IMG/VR virus record: IMGVR_UViG_3300045988_044838 | Span: 1 to 41,339 of that record | Origin: a virus | Reading direction: 5' to 3' (one strand) | DNA length: 41,339 nucleotides | In this document: positions 1-7,720 of the stretch, in pieces | Position numbering within the stretch: position 1 is the first letter of the stretch | How the letters are laid out: each line of letters starts with the position of its first letter | Translations under genes and position numbers: made by a program | Notes under the pieces: model-generated | Databases searched by the model: none | Told to the model about the DNA's origin: nothing | What the model saw: only the letters and a program-made list of their open reading frames with translations

Positions 1-119
1 AATTGGAGAATTGAAAAAAGACATCCTTTTTTGATAAGGAGACCGCAAAATGTTAGATGAAAAAGACTTACAGGCTATTGCCCAGTTAATGGACTCTAAA
101 ATGGCCCAGCAAAAAAAAG
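1..119. repeat. Terminal direct repeat, copy 1 (identical to 41221..41339)
   Basis: 119 nt are identical base for base at both window ends. The ORF starting at 50 restarts at 41270. Confidence 0.95.
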
Positions 120-304
120 AAATCATCAGCGAAACTATGGTACTCATGGAAGCCTACTTTGACCCCAAATTCCAAGCCCTCAGTGAGCAGATCAATCCTG
201 TCCCTAAAGAGGCCATAGACATCTTGGAGGACCGGGTGGACGATCTGGAAAAAGCGGTGGAGTTACATACTCAGCAGATCAATGAGTTGAAGAAAGCGCA
301 ATAA
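50..304 (+). CDS. Small coiled-coil protein, paralog A (function unknown)
   Basis: ATG follows AAGGAGA. The 84-aa product is heptad-rich. Its C-terminus HTQQINELKKAQ matches the next ORF. Confidence 0.7.
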   Translation: MLDEKDLQAIAQLMDSKMAQQKKEIISETMVLMEAYFDPKFQALSEQINPVPKEAIDILEDRVDDLEKAVELHTQQINELKKAQ

Positions 305-316
305 AGGAGCTTTTCC

Positions 317-583
317 ATGACGAACGAAGAAAAGATTTTAGAATTACTGGAAGCGCAGGGAAAAAAGTTAGACACCGTATCGCAGGAAATTTCCAAAATC
401 AATCTGACGCTTGAAAATGAAATCCGTCCAAATATGCAGGCTATGGCTGAAAACATCTCCTCTATCAACAAGAAGTTAATTACCAGAGACGAGATTGACA
501 GCATGAAAGAAGAAATCGCTTTCCTCAAGGACATTATCCGTATGCACACTAACCAGATTAACGATCTCAAGAAAGCCCAATAA
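317..583 (+). CDS. Small coiled-coil protein, paralog B (function unknown)
   Basis: ATG follows AAGGAG. The 88-aa product has C-terminus HTNQINDLKKAQ, paralogous to 50..304. Confidence 0.7.
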   Translation: MTNEEKILELLEAQGKKLDTVSQEISKINLTLENEIRPNMQAMAENISSINKKLITRDEIDSMKEEIAFLKDIIRMHTNQINDLKKAQ

Positions 584-587
584 AAAC

Positions 588-612
588 CGCCGTCAGGTCT
601 CCCCTGGCGGCG
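588..612. other. GC-rich 10-bp stem-loop between the coiled-coil genes and int (attenuator or terminator, orientation ambiguous)
   Basis: CGCCGTCAGG / CCTGGCGGCG pairs perfectly with one G-U in plus sense but has no U-tail. In minus sense it has one mismatch but is followed by TTTTTATT. Confidence 0.35.
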
Positions 613-633
613 TACTCATAAGGGGGTGTCTTT

Positions 634-1710
634 TTGAACTGTATACGTTGCAAAGCGGAGCTCCCAGCGGGGGCTATATACTGTCCTGTCTGTGGGAAGA
701 AACAGAGTGGCACTCCCCCACGAAAAGCCCTGAAACGGGCCAATGGCACCGGAACAGTCTATAAGCTGTCCGGCCGTCGGCGCCGCCCATGGGTAGCCGC
801 CAAGAATAAAGTAATCATCGGATACTACGAGCGTAAGACAGACGCTATAGAAGCTCTGGAAAAACTGTCTGGTCGGGACTTGTCGGAGCGGTACAACATG
901 ACATTTGCTGAGGTATTCGAGATATGGAAAGCGGAGCATTATCAGGAAATCGGTGAAAAGGGCGTTGAGGGATATAACCGGGCCTTTGCTGTGTTCGCCC
1001 CGCTCCACGAGAAGAAATTCAGGGATCTGCGCACAGCAGATTTTCAGTCGGCCCTAGACCCACACATGAAAAAGTCGCACTCCACCGTGTCAAAGTACAA
1101 GCAACTGATTACGCAGATGTCCCAATGGGCTATCCGGGAGGAAATCTGCACCACCAACTTTGCCAAATTCGTCCGGCTCCCGGAAAACGTCAAAAAGGAA
1201 AAAGACATCTTTACAGATCAAGAAATCGCAAAACTGGAAGCTGATAACAGCGAAACGGCGAAAATCGTTCTCATGCTGATTTATACAGGTATGCGTATTG
1301 GAGAATTGTTCTCACTTCCTCTTGCGGACTACCACGGCACCTATGTCGTAGGCGGAGAAAAAACAGAGGCGGGGAGAAACCGCATCATCCCCATTCGGCC
1401 CGAGGGGCGTAGATGCTTTGCGTACTTCGCTCAGCAGGCAGACGGACCGCTGCTCCTGTCTGGATATACCGGACAGCACCGCCCGGAAAACTACCGAAAA
1501 CGGGATTACTACCCTCTGTTGAAAAAACTGGGCATTCCGCAGAAAAACCCACATTGCACTCGGCACACTTACGCCAGCTGGGCAAGAAAACAGGGCATGG
1601 CTCCGGAGACCTTGCAAAAAATCCTGGGCCATGCGGATTACAGCACCACAGCAAATATCTATGTACATACAGACGCAGATGAATTGATACAGGCAGTCGA
1701 GAATTGTTAG
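634..1710 (+). CDS. int: Tyrosine integrase (phage integrase family) with N-terminal zinc ribbon
   Basis: TTG start follows AAGGGGGTG. The N-terminus has CxxC...CxxC. The C-terminus HCTRHTYASW...LGHADYSTTANIYVH is the R-H-R-Y recombinase signature. attP lies immediately downstream. Confidence 0.92.
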   Translation: MNCIRCKAELPAGAIYCPVCGKKQSGTPPRKALKRANGTGTVYKLSGRRRRPWVAAKNKVIIGYYERKTDAIEALEKLSGRDLSERYNMTFAEVFEIWKAEHYQEIGEKGVEGYNRAFAVFAPLHEKKFRDLRTADFQSALDPHMKKSHSTVSKYKQLITQMSQWAIREEICTTNFAKFVRLPENVKKEKDIFTDQEIAKLEADNSETAKIVLMLIYTGMRIGELFSLPLADYHGTYVVGGEKTEAGRNRIIPIRPEGRRCFAYFAQQADGPLLLSGYTGQHRPENYRKRDYYPLLKKLGIPQKNPHCTRHTYASWARKQGMAPETLQKILGHADYSTTANIYVHTDADELIQAVENC

Positions 1711-1723
1711 AAATTTGTTAGTA
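1704..1723 (+). repeat. Candidate integrase arm-type sites (TTGTTAG x2, ATTTGTTAGTA), P arm
   Basis: TTGTTAG occurs at 1704-1710 and 1715-1721. The 11-mer ATTTGTTAGTA at 1713-1723 recurs at 1931-1941 on the other side of the core. Confidence 0.4.
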
Positions 1724-1830
1724 ACCGGAAAAAGTTTTTGAGATTTTTCTTCGATTGAAGTTTCAATTTTCCTTGAAATTGCTTGGTTTAACCTCTATAC
1801 ACCGTTTTGGAAAAGCATAGTATTATATTT

Positions 1831-1873
1831 CACACGCAGGAGGTCACTGGTTCGAGTCCAGTAGTCTCCACCA
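1831..1873 (+). other. attP core: 3' fragment of a tRNA or tmRNA gene (T-arm, acceptor 3' strand, CCA)
   Basis: The fragment has T-stem ACTGG, loop TTCGAGT, stem CCAGT, then AGTCTCC-A-CCA. No matching 5' acceptor strand (GGAGACT) lies upstream, so it is only a 3' fragment. It sits next to int. Confidence 0.75.
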
Positions 1874-1876
1874 AAG

Positions 1877-1916
1877 GAAACCCTAGAGCCGCAATGGTTC
1901 TAGGGTTTCTCTTTAT
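1877..1916 (+). terminator. Rho-independent terminator following the tRNA-like fragment
   Basis: GAAACCCTAGAGCC / GGTTCTAGGGTTTC forms a 14-bp stem with 1 mismatch and loop GCAAT, followed by TCTCTTTAT. Confidence 0.7.
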
Positions 1917-1930
1917 GTGCAAGATTTTGT

Positions 1931-1941
1931 ATTTGTTAGTA
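1931..1941 (+). repeat. Candidate integrase arm-type site (ATTTGTTAGTA), P' arm
   Basis: An exact 11-nt copy of 1713-1723, located on the opposite side of the tRNA-like core. Confidence 0.4.
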
Positions 1942-1955
1942 GCGTGTAAGTAACA

Positions 1956-2297
1956 TCACAATCCTCTAATCTTCCGCATTACCCCATTATATACTCTCGG
2001 ATTAGCAACCTGGAGCGTGTCCATCAAGTCATCCATAATGCCCCATACCTGCTCCTCGTTTCTCCCTTCAATCTCCCGGAGAAATTCACTGTCTCCGTAT
2101 CTTCCGACCTCTGGAGGCATTTCAGCCGGAGCCGCAGAATAGGCTTGCTCATAGGAGCGATTTTGCATCTCTGGTTCTTGTTTATTCATTTGATTTTTGA
2201 TGGTGTACAAGGTTGCCAATTTAGCGTATGCGGGATAGCTGCTCTCGCCGTACTCCAGACGAGCAATCTCAATGTCGATCTCTTTGGGGTCTAGCAT
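1956..2297 (-). CDS. Hypothetical protein (accessory cluster next to attP)
   Basis: ORF-track frame 1956..2306. The ATG at 2297 follows AGGGGGTG. No domain recognised. Confidence 0.6.
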   Translation of the reverse strand: MLDPKEIDIEIARLEYGESSYPAYAKLATLYTIKNQMNKQEPEMQNRSYEQAYSAAPAEMPPEVGRYGDSEFLREIEGRNEEQVWGIMDDLMDTLQVANPRVYNGVMRKIRGL

Positions 2298-2312
2298 AGG
2301 GGGCACCCCCTA

Positions 2313-2711
2313 TCAATCCCGACCCAGTTCGGACATAAAGCGGCGAATGGCGTCGCGCTCCCTCTCAGTAGTAGCGTTATCCATCATCTCCTGAGCCTGC
2401 TCCATCATAGCCTCTTTGGAGTCGTGGCGACTGTATCCACCCATGCGCCCATCCCGGCTATAACGTCCCATGGAGTCCCGCTTCCGGCCACGGTAGCTGG
2501 AGCCGCGGGCATAAGTGCCGCGCATATCAGCCTCCCAATCCCCGGCCCGGCTGTATCCACCGTCCTCTTCCAACATTGCGATCTTGTCGATGTTCTTGAT
2601 GGTGTCGGTCAGCTTGTGAGCAGCTTCAAGGTCCCCGGCAGACATCTCCGGCTTGCGGGCGATCTCCTCCAACTCTTCGCAGAGCTTTTCTTTCAGTTCG
2701 TGCATATACAT
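2313..2711 (-). CDS. Hypothetical protein with R/G/Y/S-rich centre
   Basis: ATG at 2711 follows GAAAGGAGAG. It has GGYSR-type low-complexity repeats. No domain recognised. Confidence 0.6.
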   Translation of the reverse strand: MYMHELKEKLCEELEEIARKPEMSAGDLEAAHKLTDTIKNIDKIAMLEEDGGYSRAGDWEADMRGTYARGSSYRGRKRDSMGRYSRDGRMGGYSRHDSKEAMMEQAQEMMDNATTERERDAIRRFMSELGRD

Positions 2712-2724
2712 GTTGACTCTCCTT

Positions 2725-3147
2725 TCAAGCCACGCGCTCAACGATCAGGTTAGCATTTTCAACCTCAATCGTCTCCGCGCTGGTATTTTTGACTGCCACA
2801 GTCACGCAGCAGCCACGGGGGACCTCAATAAAGGCCGCAGCAAACACGTTGAAAAACTCGTCCACCGAGGCAGGGGTCACAATAGCAGTAGCGCTGCCCA
2901 GTGCCTCTCCCTCCACAGCGATGGCAACGGAGATAGGGCCTACCGCGCCGCCGGTGGGAATTGCAATGTTGCTGCCGAAAACCACTTTATAGCGGGCGCG
3001 GCACTGATTCGTCATTCCACGCAGGGTAACGATGCCGGAGCCGTCACGGTGCACGACGCAATTAGACCCGCTGACAGGCGTCTCCGTAAAGACCACGTTC
3101 TGATTAGCGGCTACCTGCTGGACAAATACTCCAGTAAATTCAGCCAT
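2725..3147 (-). CDS. Hypothetical beta-rich protein, possibly a BclA-C-terminal/C1q-like jelly-roll
   Basis: ATG at 3147 follows AAAGGA. The small-residue-rich sequence with alternating beta-like pattern resembles BclA-CTD-type domains. This is a weak similarity recalled from memory. Confidence 0.5.
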   Translation of the reverse strand: MAEFTGVFVQQVAANQNVVFTETPVSGSNCVVHRDGSGIVTLRGMTNQCRARYKVVFGSNIAIPTGGAVGPISVAIAVEGEALGSATAIVTPASVDEFFNVFAAAFIEVPRGCCVTVAVKNTSAETIEVENANLIVERVA

Positions 3148-3162
3148 AAACTTCATTCCTTT

Positions 3163-3196
3163 CAAAAAGATAGCGGCGAGGCTGTTGCCCCGCCGC
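3163..3196 (-). terminator. Rho-independent terminator after the Gly/Cys-rich membrane protein gene
   Basis: In minus sense, GCGGCGGGG-CAACAG-CCTCGCCGC is followed by TATCTTTTT. Confidence 0.6.
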
Positions 3197-3259
3197 ATGG
3201 TTCAAAATCGGCACGGGGCCGAACATGTAAGCCTTTCTTACAAGTTGATGTATTGGATT

Positions 3260-3997
3260 TTAGCAGCCGCAGCCGCAGGGGTTGCAGCCACATCCGGCAT
3301 AAGGATTGGGCACCTGATAGGCCGGGACGGGCATGGGGTTGATGCGGCGAATCAGTTCAGCGGTCTGCGCCTCCTGATTGGCGCTGAAGAAAGCGTTCTG
3401 CGCCGCCTGAGAAGCCTGGAACTTCAGGCTCTGGTTTTCAGCCGTCAGAGTAGCGATCTTATCCTGGGTCAGGAAGTCCAGGATCGCGCGGCTGTTGGCA
3501 TTGGCGTTGTCGATGATGTCGCGGGTGCTGGACTGGATGGTGTTGCGGGTATCGCAAGCCTGAGTAGCCATGTCGTACCGGACACCGTCAATGCTCCGCT
3601 GAGTATCGCAGCAGCACTGCGCCAGCTGGGCGCCGAGGGCGTTAAAGCCCGCCTGCGTCTGATAGCCCAGGTTGCACACAGCGGTATCCACGCCATGGAA
3701 GCCGTTGCTCACGGCATCCCGGATGGAGGTCTGGCCGTTCTGGAGGCCGTTCAGGGCGAAGCCCTCGTTGATGTCGGCCCTGGTGGCCCAGCCCTGACCA
3801 GAGGGAGAACCCAGGCCATTGCCGGAGTTACCACCCCAGCCGCCGCCATAGCCGCCCCAGCCGAACATACCGAAGATCAGGAACAGGATAATCCAGGAGG
3901 CCCAATCGCCGCCCCAACCGCCGAAACCGCCGTTTCCGCCCTGATAGGCAGGAGTCACGGGCATGGTCATCACAGCGCCGTCAGAAGAAAGACTCAT
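3260..3997 (-). CDS. Glycine-rich membrane protein with C-terminal GCGCNPCGCGC tail (unknown function)
   Basis: AAAGGAGA lies upstream of the ATG. GGW/GGY low-complexity runs flank one hydrophobic helix (WIILFLIFGMFGW). There is a CCC motif and a Cys/Gly C-terminus. The gene has an AT-rich upstream region and its own terminator. Confidence 0.7.
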   Translation of the reverse strand: MSLSSDGAVMTMPVTPAYQGGNGGFGGWGGDWASWIILFLIFGMFGWGGYGGGWGGNSGNGLGSPSGQGWATRADINEGFALNGLQNGQTSIRDAVSNGFHGVDTAVCNLGYQTQAGFNALGAQLAQCCCDTQRSIDGVRYDMATQACDTRNTIQSSTRDIIDNANANSRAILDFLTQDKIATLTAENQSLKFQASQAAQNAFFSANQEAQTAELIRRINPMPVPAYQVPNPYAGCGCNPCGCGC

Positions 3998-4205
3998 TGT
4001 GTTATCTCCTTTGTAGATTTATTTTCAAAACCCGGCCGGGATTTTGAGACTAGATTAAAACCAAATTGAAACTAAGTCACAAAAGATTGCAACTATAGTT
4101 GGCATATTTCTCTTGCGATTTGAAGAAGGGAAAGCGTTTTCTTAACTTTTTTATTTAGATTCTGAACTCTAAACTTACTTTATAGCTTTAGAGAGTAGTT
4201 TAGAC

Positions 4206-4427
4206 TTACTTCCCAAACATCCCCCGCATCCCCTCAAACATGCCCTGCATCTGCTGGGCCTGCTTTTGGACTTGGTTGAGCTGATCTTGAGAAATGCGGC
4301 CAGAGGATACCATTTCTTGTATCATGGCGTTAGGGTCCTTCCCCTTCATCTGGTTCATGAACTGCTGAAACTGCTGCATCATGTTGGGCTGTCTGTTGCC
4401 GCCCATCGCCTGGAAAAAGGGATTCAT
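4206..4427 (-). CDS. Small Q/M-rich protein (unknown)
   Basis: 73-aa ORF. Its start overlaps the stop of 4424..4831 (ATGA coupling). Confidence 0.6.
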   Translation of the reverse strand: MNPFFQAMGGNRQPNMMQQFQQFMNQMKGKDPNAMIQEMVSSGRISQDQLNQVQKQAQQMQGMFEGMRGMFGK

Positions 4428-4831
4428 TCCGTATCCTCCTTATCTTTTGCCGCCAGCGCATCCAGGCGGGCCTCCAGGGCCTCCAGACGAGACAGGGGCG
4501 CATACTCTACCGCCGGAGCCTGTGGGGCCTGTACGGGCCTCTGATTGCGCTCTACGAGGTCATATATCTTCATGCTGGGCTTGCCGCTTGCGTCCGCCTG
4601 TTTGAGATAGACCACTGGAGAGTTGCTGTCCCATAACGTAACGGCGGAGTTTGGAGCGACTAGATAATTAGCCGCCTCCATCTCGCTCTGCACCCACACA
4701 ATAGACGGAGACGCCGGGGCTTGCTGCGGCTGCTGCATGGGTTGATAGGACTGCCGCAGCTGCGTCAGCTGGTCCGCCATAGGCGGCTGATACGGTTGGT
4801 ACGGCTGATAGTAATAGGGATAGTTAGGCAT
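4424..4831 (-). CDS. Hypothetical protein with N-terminal YQP repeats
   Basis: The ATG is preceded by GAAAGGA. The N-terminus is PYYYQPYQPYQPP. The rest looks globular. Confidence 0.65.
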   Translation of the reverse strand: MPNYPYYYQPYQPYQPPMADQLTQLRQSYQPMQQPQQAPASPSIVWVQSEMEAANYLVAPNSAVTLWDSNSPVVYLKQADASGKPSMKIYDLVERNQRPVQAPQAPAVEYAPLSRLEALEARLDALAAKDKEDTE

Positions 4832-4837
4832 CTCACG

Positions 4838-5200
4838 TCATCCTTTCTGCCAGTAGTACAGCACAGTTTCGTGTTCACTGTGCCATGTATCGTAGATCAC
4901 ACCATCCTGCAGGCATACCACATGACCGGACAGGGCCAGAATGTAAGTCCCGTTTGGATGCCCCATCGCAAACTCCGCCACGGTCATGTCCTCGGGTGCC
5001 ATGTCACGCTGAAAGCCATGCCGTCGGAGATAAGCCCCCCATGTGGCGTTTGCGCTGGGCATATCGCCTCTCACAGCTCCCTCAATGCAGAGGCCAAGGT
5101 ATGTCCTGTACCAGTCCTGCTCCAGCGCCTTCGAGATGGCCCGGACGGTACAATCCCCCACATTTTTTTCGTAGGGGTTCGGATTGTAAAATTCAAACAT
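4838..5200 (-). CDS. Hypothetical Cys...His protein (possible papain-like peptidase fold)
   Basis: The conserved-looking part starts at MFEFYNPNPYEKNVGDCTVRAISKA and has a later GHVVCL..DTWHS motif. The N-terminal 51 aa of track ORF 4838..5353 look like out-of-frame junk (W/P/R-rich). Confidence 0.6.
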   Translation of the reverse strand: MFEFYNPNPYEKNVGDCTVRAISKALEQDWYRTYLGLCIEGAVRGDMPSANATWGAYLRRHGFQRDMAPEDMTVAEFAMGHPNGTYILALSGHVVCLQDGVIYDTWHSEHETVLYYWQKG

Positions 5201-5363
5201 ATTGCTTTCGGTCATCATACAAAAGCTCGTTCTGCCGGATAAACCCTTCAAGGCCGGAGAAGTCTCCCTCCGCCGCATACTTCTCGCAGGTGTCTCTTGC
5301 TGTGGACTCCGTGAAGCCGCAGGCCACCAGCCGGGCCACCAGTTCTGAACCATTCAGAATCAA
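5193..5363 (-). CDS. Small helical protein (56 aa), TTG start; not in the ORF track
   Basis: The alternative frame reads LILNGSELVARLVACGFTESTARDTCEKYAAEGDFSGLEGFIRQNELLYDDRKQYV. Its stop overlaps the ATG at 5200 (ATGTTTGA coupling). Confidence 0.4.
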   Translation of the reverse strand: MILNGSELVARLVACGFTESTARDTCEKYAAEGDFSGLEGFIRQNELLYDDRKQYV

Positions 5364-5462
5364 CTTAAAACACGTCCTTATATAAAAGATCAGAAGGCCG
5401 CAAGGAGGGCGGCGACGTGTACCAGCCCTTGTCCCTTACGTCCTCCTGATGATATTTTTGCA

Positions 5463-5500
5463 GAAAAAGGCCCCGCCTGGGTGGTATCCAAGCGGGGTTT
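5463..5500 (-). terminator. Rho-independent terminator ending the late/lysis operon
   Basis: In minus sense, the CCCCGC...GCGGGG stem is followed by CCTTTTTCTG. Confidence 0.65.
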
Positions 5501-5508
5501 AGGTGAAG

Positions 5509-5757
5509 TTATGTGAAATGTAGCTTCCGTGCAGTTCTTTCGACCTTTGAGACGATCCGTTTGACCCGGTAGGAAATGGTAGACCGCTCCCAGCCGAACT
5601 CCGCTGCAATGTCGATCTGCGGGACTTTGTCGATCAGGTAGCGCCGGGCAATGTCCGTATCATCATTCCCAAGATTAGCTTCCCGGATGGCCGTCTCCAT
5701 CTCGGAGCGCATAAGGCTATCCAGGCTATCCGGTAATCTGACACGGGCAGTTGCCAC
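5509..5757 (-). CDS. Small sigma-70 region-4-like HTH protein
   Basis: GTG start follows AAAGGA. ARRYLIDKVPQIDIAAEFGWERSTISYRVKRI resembles a sigma region 4 HTH. Confidence 0.6.
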   Translation of the reverse strand: MATARVRLPDSLDSLMRSEMETAIREANLGNDDTDIARRYLIDKVPQIDIAAEFGWERSTISYRVKRIVSKVERTARKLHFT

Positions 5758-5761
5758 AGTT

Positions 5762-6385
5762 TCACGTCCTTTCGATCAGCTCCCAAAGCCGATGCAACAT
5801 CGTGCACATCTGCTGCCGGGTAACGGGCTGGGAGAGCATCAGGTCTCCTTCACCGTTGCCCGTCATGATGCCGTTTGCAATGGCCCATTCCACGCCCTCC
5901 TTGTGGGCGGGAGACGGTGTATTGTCCATAGTGACCTCCTTGTCATAGGCGGGCCGTACAGCCCCCAAAATCTGCCCCAGCGTCCGGGTCCGGCGCATGA
6001 CCTCTCCCCCGTCGCTGTCGTTGCCAATGGCGGTATTGCCCTCGATGGCGGTGATGGAGCTGCCGCCCACCGCCTCCACGATGCCGCAGTGGTCCGGGCG
6101 CTTGTCCCCGCCCCAATCGTAGATCACCACGTCTCCAGGCTGGTAATTGGATGTCACCCAGTTTCCGGCGGCCTTGGCGGCGTTCATCAAGATTGTGCAG
6201 CTGGCGGTCTCAATGGGCAGCTTGACACTCGCCTGGGCAAAGACCCACTCCACAAACATCACGCACCAGGGCTGGCCGTCCAGGCCGTACCATGCGCCGT
6301 ATTTCGTCCGGTTGGAGTTGGCTGGGGTCTCTTTGTACCCCAGCTCTCCACGGGCGATGTCAAGGAGTTCCCGTACTGTTGCCAT
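5762..6385 (-). CDS. Endolysin: CHAP amidase/peptidase domain plus one SLH-like C-terminal repeat
   Basis: It has a Cys motif GQPWCVMFV and a His motif DHCGIV. The C-terminus EGVEWAIANGIMTGNG....VTRQQMCTMLHR is SLH-like. It lies adjacent to the holin. The ATG at 6385 is preferred over the Arg-rich TTG extension. Confidence 0.85.
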   Translation of the reverse strand: MATVRELLDIARGELGYKETPANSNRTKYGAWYGLDGQPWCVMFVEWVFAQASVKLPIETASCTILMNAAKAAGNWVTSNYQPGDVVIYDWGGDKRPDHCGIVEAVGGSSITAIEGNTAIGNDSDGGEVMRRTRTLGQILGAVRPAYDKEVTMDNTPSPAHKEGVEWAIANGIMTGNGEGDLMLSQPVTRQQMCTMLHRLWELIERT

Positions 6386-6575
6386 TGTCCGCCTGCGCTT
6401 TCTTCTCCGCCTGCGTCCCAAAATAGAACGCGATGACCACGGTGAACACCGTCAAGAACTGCTCCGCCGTCACGCCGCCGGTGCAGGTCAGGTAGGCAAA
6501 CACCGCCGTCAAAACGATGGTGACGATGGACTTCACTGTCAGCAGGTTTCCGAGGCGTTTTTGCAGTGTTTCCAT
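6360..6575 (-). CDS. Holin (two transmembrane helices)
   Basis: 71 aa with two hydrophobic helices and a charged C-terminus, immediately upstream of the endolysin. Confidence 0.75.
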   Translation of the reverse strand: METLQKRLGNLLTVKSIVTIVLTAVFAYLTCTGGVTAEQFLTVFTVVIAFYFGTQAEKKAQADNGNSTGTP

Positions 6576-6576
6576 A

Positions 6577-6912
6577 TCAGCCCTCCGGCTCTGCCAGGGT
6601 GTCGCCCTTCAGCTCGTACTTCTTCCCTGCGATGTACACGTAGGCGGTCTCGGCGCCCATGTTCACATCCACGGTCTTGCCGTTCACCACATGGACCTTC
6701 TCCATGCAGCCTACGCCGTGGTCCATCAGGCCATAGCCGTTGACGGTATCGGGGGTCTCCCCCGCAGTGGTCGCCACAAACTCCTCCTGAGTGATGACGT
6801 TGCGGTTGGGGTCCAGGGTAAAGCCCGCGCCTGCCTCTTTCAGAGCCTCGTTCGCCTCGCGCAGGGTCATTTCGCCAGTGGTGTACTTGTTCAAGATTTC
6901 GTTGGTAGTCAT
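6577..6912 (-). CDS. Hypothetical protein
   Basis: ATG follows AAAGGAG. Tightly packed within the late operon. Confidence 0.6.
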   Translation of the reverse strand: MTTNEILNKYTTGEMTLREANEALKEAGAGFTLDPNRNVITQEEFVATTAGETPDTVNGYGLMDHGVGCMEKVHVVNGKTVDVNMGAETAYVYIAGKKYELKGDTLAEPEG

Positions 6913-6930
6913 AAGTAAGCTCCTTTCAAA

Positions 6931-7260
6931 TTACAGCCCAATGCGGGCCAAAATAAACGCAATCACAGCCGCCAGCACCGCCCATACGGACTTGTCCACG
7001 ATGGCCTCCCACCGCTTTTTCGGCTTGGCCTGCTCGGCCTCCTGCCATGCGATCAGCCGGTCCAGCTTCTCCATGATATTGTCGTACTGCTCATTCCGGG
7101 CGGCCTCCGCCTTTTCCAGTTCCCGCATCCGGTCAAAGAGTTCTTTGTGGGTGCTGCGGGATGCCTCCCGCCATTCCGACATCTGCTTTTCCAGCATGTT
7201 GGCTTTCTGGAGGCCCAGGCAATCCCTCTGCGGGTCCAGGATACACTTCTCGTCAGCCAT
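6931..7260 (-). CDS. XhlA-like coiled-coil protein with C-terminal membrane anchor (lysis-associated)
   Basis: A coiled-coil is followed by the C-terminal helix VWAVLAAVIAFILARIGL. Its position just upstream of holin/lysin matches the PBSX xhlA arrangement. Confidence 0.55.
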   Translation of the reverse strand: MADEKCILDPQRDCLGLQKANMLEKQMSEWREASRSTHKELFDRMRELEKAEAARNEQYDNIMEKLDRLIAWQEAEQAKPKKRWEAIVDKSVWAVLAAVIAFILARIGL

Positions 7261-7720
7261 TGGACACCTCCCCCAGGTCCTCCCACTTCACGCCCACGCT
7301 TCCGGGTTCCCACACGTTGTTGTCCTGACCGGACCGCCAGACATGACCGTCATAGGTGCAGCAGTCCCCGGTCATATACGGCGAAGTGGAGACAGCGATA
7401 AACGGCAGGGCCTTGGCCGGGTCTGTGGACCACACAAAGCCCCACTGTGCGGGCAGGTCCTCCGGCTCTTGGGTGTTGTAGATAGTGCTGTCATAGGGCT
7501 GGAGGAGACGCACCACACGCCCCGCTGTGGAACAGCAGACAAAGCCCGCCTTGCGTTCCAGCATGTTCATGGCCTCACAGGCCGCCGTAAAGCTGGGGAT
7601 GTAGTCCTCGGAGGCATACAGCTCCGTTCCCGTCATGTCCGAAGCCTGGGCCTGGAGGGTCTGTGCCCTCGCAAGCCCGGTATCCCGCATGGTGGTAAGT
7701 ACAAACTGCTTGTCCGTCAT
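7253..7720 (-). CDS. Hypothetical tail-fibre-associated protein (C-terminal W/Y-rich, CBM5/12-like motif)
   Basis: Overlapping start and stop with neighbours. The C-terminus is GDCCTYDGHVWRSGQDNNVWEPG. Confidence 0.55.
   Translation of the reverse strand: MTDKQFVLTTMRDTGLARAQTLQAQASDMTGTELYASEDYIPSFTAACEAMNMLERKAGFVCCSTAGRVVRLLQPYDSTIYNTQEPEDLPAQWGFVWSTDPAKALPFIAVSTSPYMTGDCCTYDGHVWRSGQDNNVWEPGSVGVKWEDLGEVSNG

Noticed and set aside
1-49. A/T hairpin AAAAAAG-ACATC-CTTTTTT after the TM2 gene as a terminator
   Set aside because: The stem is almost entirely A-U pairs, too weak to call, and may simply be AT-rich spacer.
1798-1873. Complete tRNA gene
   Set aside because: Only the T-arm, acceptor 3' strand and CCA are present. 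No complementary 5' acceptor strand, D-arm or anticodon arm lies upstream, so this is an attP fragment.
1884-1894. 11-nt match TAGAGCCGCAA between the attP terminator loop and the iteron region (about 31532-31542)
   Set aside because: Many 11-mer coincidences are expected by chance in a 41-kb sequence. The flanks do not extend the match.
6386-6421. Arg-rich N-terminal extension (GRRRRRKRRRT) of the endolysin
   Set aside because: It arises from reading the holin 3' end in another frame from a TTG. The ATG at 6385 gives a normal CHAP N-terminus.
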